The notes under the pieces: generated by a model
What the model saw: only the letters and a program-made list of their open reading frames with translations
Told to the model about the DNA's origin: nothing
Databases searched by the model: none
In this document: positions 59,946 through 64,000 of the stretch, one piece after another
How positions within the stretch are numbered: the first letter of the stretch is position 1
Layout: each line of letters opens with the position of its first letter
Position numbers and translations under genes: made by a program
Assembly: GCF_035594765.1 (NCBI RefSeq)
Contig: NC_085841.1
Coordinates: forward strand, 353,843,402-353,907,401
Direction of reading: 5' to 3'
Length of the DNA stretch: 64,000 nucleotides
Source: Anolis carolinensis
Lineage: Eukaryota

Positions 59946-61789
59946 GGCATTTTATATACCGGTATATCAGTTACAACTTAATTTCCCCTGGGTGCCCTTT
60001 TCCCTCTCCCCAGGTAGAATTGTGCTCAGAACTGTCACATATCTAATATCTTGGAAAAAGTGTCCATGCTGGTTGGGGGATTATGAGAACTGACAGCCAA
60101 AAAACTAACCAGCAAACAAAGGGTAGGCAGATTTTTATCAGTTGGGGGATGTTTTTGTTCAGAGTAATCTGTTCTGCACAGGGAAAGACATAACCGGCAG
60201 CATTTCACAGATGAAAACCAGGACACATGTAGCCAAGCAACATCAGAATATGGTGAAGATGGCAAAAGTTATTCATGAGGAAGAACAGAGAATCTAGGAA
60301 AGGATGTACCAGGTTGCTTTTGCCTAAGTCAACCGGGAAGAACAATATTCCACTCCACTTACATTTAATATGTATTAACTTTAATTTAATTGATTTTATG
60401 CTTCTGTTTGTTTGCATTTTAAGGCATCTAACAGTAGCCACATGTACGCCACCTTGAGTCCCCTCTGGGGGTAGAGAAAGGCGGGATAGAAATAAGGTAA
60501 ATAAATAAATAAATTCTCCCCTTTTGTGAGTTAACTGAGTGCAAACTATTTTGCCTTTTGGACTCAGTTTGCAGCAATTTAAATAAGATGTGCCCAAAGA
60601 AGGAAAGTGGATGCCAGAGAAAAAAATGGGACTTATTAAAAGCAGCTGAAAAAGTGGGATGACCAAGGATAAAGCCAAAAGTTGGCATGGTACTCCTTTC
60701 TCCACACCCCCCCCCCCCCACTTCCCTTCTCTCTCTTCTGTCTCTTGTCTTCCACTTAGCAACTGGCAAAGAATGGATAAATCACCCTTCAAAGTTCTTA
60801 ATTGACAGCTTACAATAGTCTTTTGAAATTAGGCCAAGGACCACCTATTACCAAGCTGCAGGTTGCCCACTCTTCCTTTGCATCAGCTGTACTTGGAATG
60901 TGCAAGTACCTTTCAAGTGGATTTGCAAGCCAGATTCATTTCAAGCCTCAATACCATTCCCGTTTTTTTTCATTAGAGAGCACCATACAAGGAAACTCTC
61001 TGCCTCTCCTCCTTTATGCCTGGGGGCAATTACAAATCACCTTTATCTCTTTTCTTGCTGCAGCACGTGGCAATATATGCATGCAAGGAAGTCACTTGGA
61101 GAAATGTAAGAGGATCTCCCAATGAATGATTGTCAGCGAGCTGAAGAAGCAGCTGTGGTTTTGTGAGAGGTTTTTACCAGATTTTTTTACTGTTTTCTGA
61201 TAGTGTCAAGGTTTACTCAGTAACTCTTCCTGGCTTATGGAATTGTGACACTGATGTTTAGGGAACCAAAATATTTTTGGAAAACCTAATACAAACTTGT
61301 AACATCAACCTCCTTCCAGACCTAACACCACAATTCCTTTTCCTATATTGACAATTCAGTGACCCACTAAAAGAGTTTTTATTCTGGATTATTTTCATGG
61401 CCATTATCAAATTAGGTTCAATTTGCAGTGAATATATGAATAAGAGACTATGGACACTGTAGAATCAATGCACTTATTCTCCCATGGCTCAATGCTGGGA
61501 AGCCCTGGCAGTTGTTTGGTGAAACACTCTTGGGCAGAGAAACCTTTGTAGAACTGCAATTATTCCATAGTATTGAGCTATGGCAGTGGAAGTAGTATCA
61601 AACTTCATTGAGCCTACAGTGTCGATTCATCCAAAGAACACCCTTTATTAACAGACCAGCTAAGTCTTACTGACTCCAGGCTCTAGCTTCCTGAGTTGAG
61701 TCCAGTAATATATCTTGCTTTCATTTGGGATTGTCTCATCATTCGGCAATGGTTGTTCAGTGCCTCCTTTTATGTGGTATTATCTAGTC

Positions 61790-62067
61790 CCGGGGTCACC
61801 AAACTAAGGCCCGGGGGCCACATACAGCCCATTGAAGCCATTTATCCAGCCCCTGTGGCGGTGACGGCTCCCTCCTCCTCCACCGAGGAAGGCGTGTGCG
61901 ACATGAGGGAGAAGGGAAAGGCACACACCTTCCAAAGCTTTGCTTGTTTATAATGGTATTTTAATTATTTAATTAATAATTAATAAGCGGTGCTTTGCCA
62001 GTGCTTTTGGTGCACAAAGGCAGAAGGGGGTTGGACTAAATGGCCCAAGGGTTCTCTTCCAATCCTC

Positions 62068-62110
<43 letters not shown>

Positions 62111-62216
62111 GACACAAAGACACAGTACAATATAACACAGCAAACGAGATATATATGCTGGATTTCATATCACAAAATCGCAAGTCGAACACTTCCAAAG
62201 CGTTTAGGACTGTGTG

Positions 62217-62265
<49 letters not shown>

Positions 62266-62553
62266 AACATTGAGACTGGGTGACTATCTGTCAGGGGTTC
62301 TTTGTGCTTTTGGTGCACAAAGGTAGAAGGGGGTTGGACTAAATGGCCCAAGGGGTCTCTTCCAACCCTTTTTATTATTTTATTATGATTATTATTATTA
62401 TTAACATTGAGGCAGTATTTGTTCCTTTTTTGTTTTTGTTTTTTTACTTCAAATGCAGTAAACACTGGAATTTTTAAAAAACTATAGTCTGGCCCTCCAA
62501 CGGTCTGAGGGACTGTGAGCACGCCCCCTGTTTAAAAAGTTTGGGGACCCCTG
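61790..62553. mobile_element. Composite Charlie-type hAT element with two CR1 3' ends and an R4/Dong-like 3' fragment in (TTA)n
   Basis: TIRs CCGGGGTCACCAAACT / AGTTTGGGGACCCCTG; flanks ATCTAGTC/ATCTATTG; internal duplicated GGGGGTTGGACTAAATGGCCCAAGGG..TCTTCCAA. Confidence 0.8.
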
Positions 62554-62589
62554 ATCTATTGTATATTCCCAGCATTGCCTGGGTTTGCA

Positions 62590-62835
62590 TTTTCTTTTTG
62601 GCTTTCTTTTGTTCCTCCCTTTCCCTCATACACCTTGTCCCTCTCTCTTTGTTCTTCCCTTTATTCCTTGTTCATTTGCTTTCCCTCATAGATATTGCTC
62701 CTTCCGTCCCTCCCTCTTTCTCTCTTTGCCTTCCCTTATTTTCTTTCTTCCCTTCCTTTCTCCCCTTCTTTCTTTCTTTTTCTTTCTTTCCCTTCGCTCA
62801 TCCCTTTTCTTTTTCTTCCTTCATCCAGCCTTTTC
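62590..62835. repeat. Polypyrimidine low-complexity tract
   Basis: CT-rich run; the overlapping ORFs are compositional artefacts. Confidence 0.85.
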
Positions 62836-63003
62836 TTGGAAGTCACAGTCACACGGATGCACCCTTCCAAAATATAAATCTTCTCTAAATTGCTTACTGC
62901 CTTATGGGATGAACATCCTGACTGTGACGTTCAAGGCTGTGTTGTAGGGCTCATGGTGAGGCCATTTTATCTACCATGCTAATACTTTCTATCTATATAC
63001 TGC

Positions 63004-63733
63004 AATTGACAAATTATATAAGAAGTTGTGGCCTTCCTGTCTCCTGCACCTTAAATGATCAAGTAAAAAAGAGTGCCAGACAAAGAATTTTGGACATAGA
63101 AGCACAGAAAGATATAGCTACTCTCAGTGGGGTTGCCAACCTAAAATGGCTGAGCCAATATAAATGTACCTTCCAAATTGCCAACTATTTAAAAATCGAA
63201 ATGCCAAAACACTTTAGGGAGGTATTTACTCGAGCTAGATTCGATCAGCTTGATACAATGGTTAGATATGGGAGATTCAACAACATCCCTTATAACGAAC
63301 GATTCTGTATCTCTGGAGCTCCTGAAATTGAGGATTTAGCACATATATTATTTGACTGTAAATTGTATCAGAAGGTGAGAGATTTGTTTCTTGGTCCATA
63401 TATCAAACGGACAATGTACTGGGAATCGCACATCAGAACAACGTACTTTATGTGCGGTCAAGATCCAAAAATAACATATAAAACGGATCTGTACTTGAGT
63501 AAAACAATATGATTGAGATCCACATATGTGGGGCTGATAGGGGTAAACTGTAGGGGTGACAATGACATATGATGTACACACCCAGTTTTATTATATTTAT
63601 TTATTGTATGGTTACAAGTGTTTTATTTAATATTTGTATAGAATGTAACCAGGTCTTTTCGAGCCTGGTTGTTTGGCTTGGTACTTTGATATGGCCTAAG
63701 GGCTAATCAATAAAATGTTCTTCTTCTTCTTCT
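63004..63733 (+). mobile_element. RTE-X-like LINE 3' fragment
   Basis: C-terminal motif FTRARF...GRFNNIPYNERFC...EDLAHILFDC..Y...R; AATAAA plus (TTC)n tail; perfect 12-bp TSD TCTATATACTGC (62992-63003, 63734-63745). Confidence 0.8.
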
Positions 63734-63869
63734 TCTATATACTGCCCTTTTTTAGCTGTATCTGAGCACTTTTTTAAAATTTGGGGGGCCTTTGTCTCAA
63801 AATGAGGTGGATTTTGTGGTTGAAACTCCACAATTATTTTAAGTTGGGTAATGAAGGATATGTGTGCTT

Positions 63870-64000
63870 TTATTTATTTATTTCCTATCAAAAGCATTGC
63901 ATAAATTAGTTTAAATCTGATAAAAATAGAAGGAGCACAAGCGGCTAAATATCTTTTGACCAAAAATGGGAAACAGTGACCGCATTGTCTGTAGCCTCAA
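63870..64000 (-). mobile_element. Vingi LINE 3' end (diverged sister of 55196-57053), cut by the window edge
   Basis: Minus strand GCTACAGACAATGCGGT...TTTTGGTCAAAAGATATTTAG...CAATGCTTTTGA...(TAAA)n. Confidence 0.85.

Noticed and set aside
62541-62947. Hydrophobic ORFs as membrane proteins
   Set aside because: Artefact of a CT-rich low-complexity tract.
37700-64000. Exons of the expected syntenic neighbour (NUDT14 in mammals)
   Set aside because: No Nudix-like peptide or convincing exon recognised; a short exon or UTR could be missed without a search.

Overview
Vertebrate genomic DNA from a squamate, very probably an Anolis lizard, judged by Sauria SINEs and CR1/L2/Vingi/Penelope/hAT families of the kind known from anoles. 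The only host gene I can support is the 5' end of JAG2 (Jagged-2/Serrate2, a Notch ligand) on the minus strand. It has a CpG-island promoter and 5' UTR at about 36.8-37.55 kb, coding exon 1 (36818-36880, signal peptide) and coding exon 2 (32225-32560, N-terminal MNNL/C2 domain). Intron 1 is 4.26 kb. Intron 2 runs off the left edge (>32 kb; exon 3 not found). The remaining ~26 kb on the right is upstream intergenic DNA. Almost every long ORF is retrotransposon-derived (CR1, Vingi, RTE-X). I see no evidence of a new multi-gene system. The most interesting signals are: a second promoter-like CpG island inside intron 2; minimal hammerhead-ribozyme motifs in Penelope remnants; composite hAT elements carrying pieces of other TE classes between one pair of TIRs/TSDs; perfect 60-72 bp MITE hairpins bracketing exon 2; a MITE-derived ~240 bp tandem repeat; an in-frame signal-peptide-like uORF; and a dense CAGCTG E-box cluster ~12 kb upstream. 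TE family names come from recalled family hallmarks, not from a database search.
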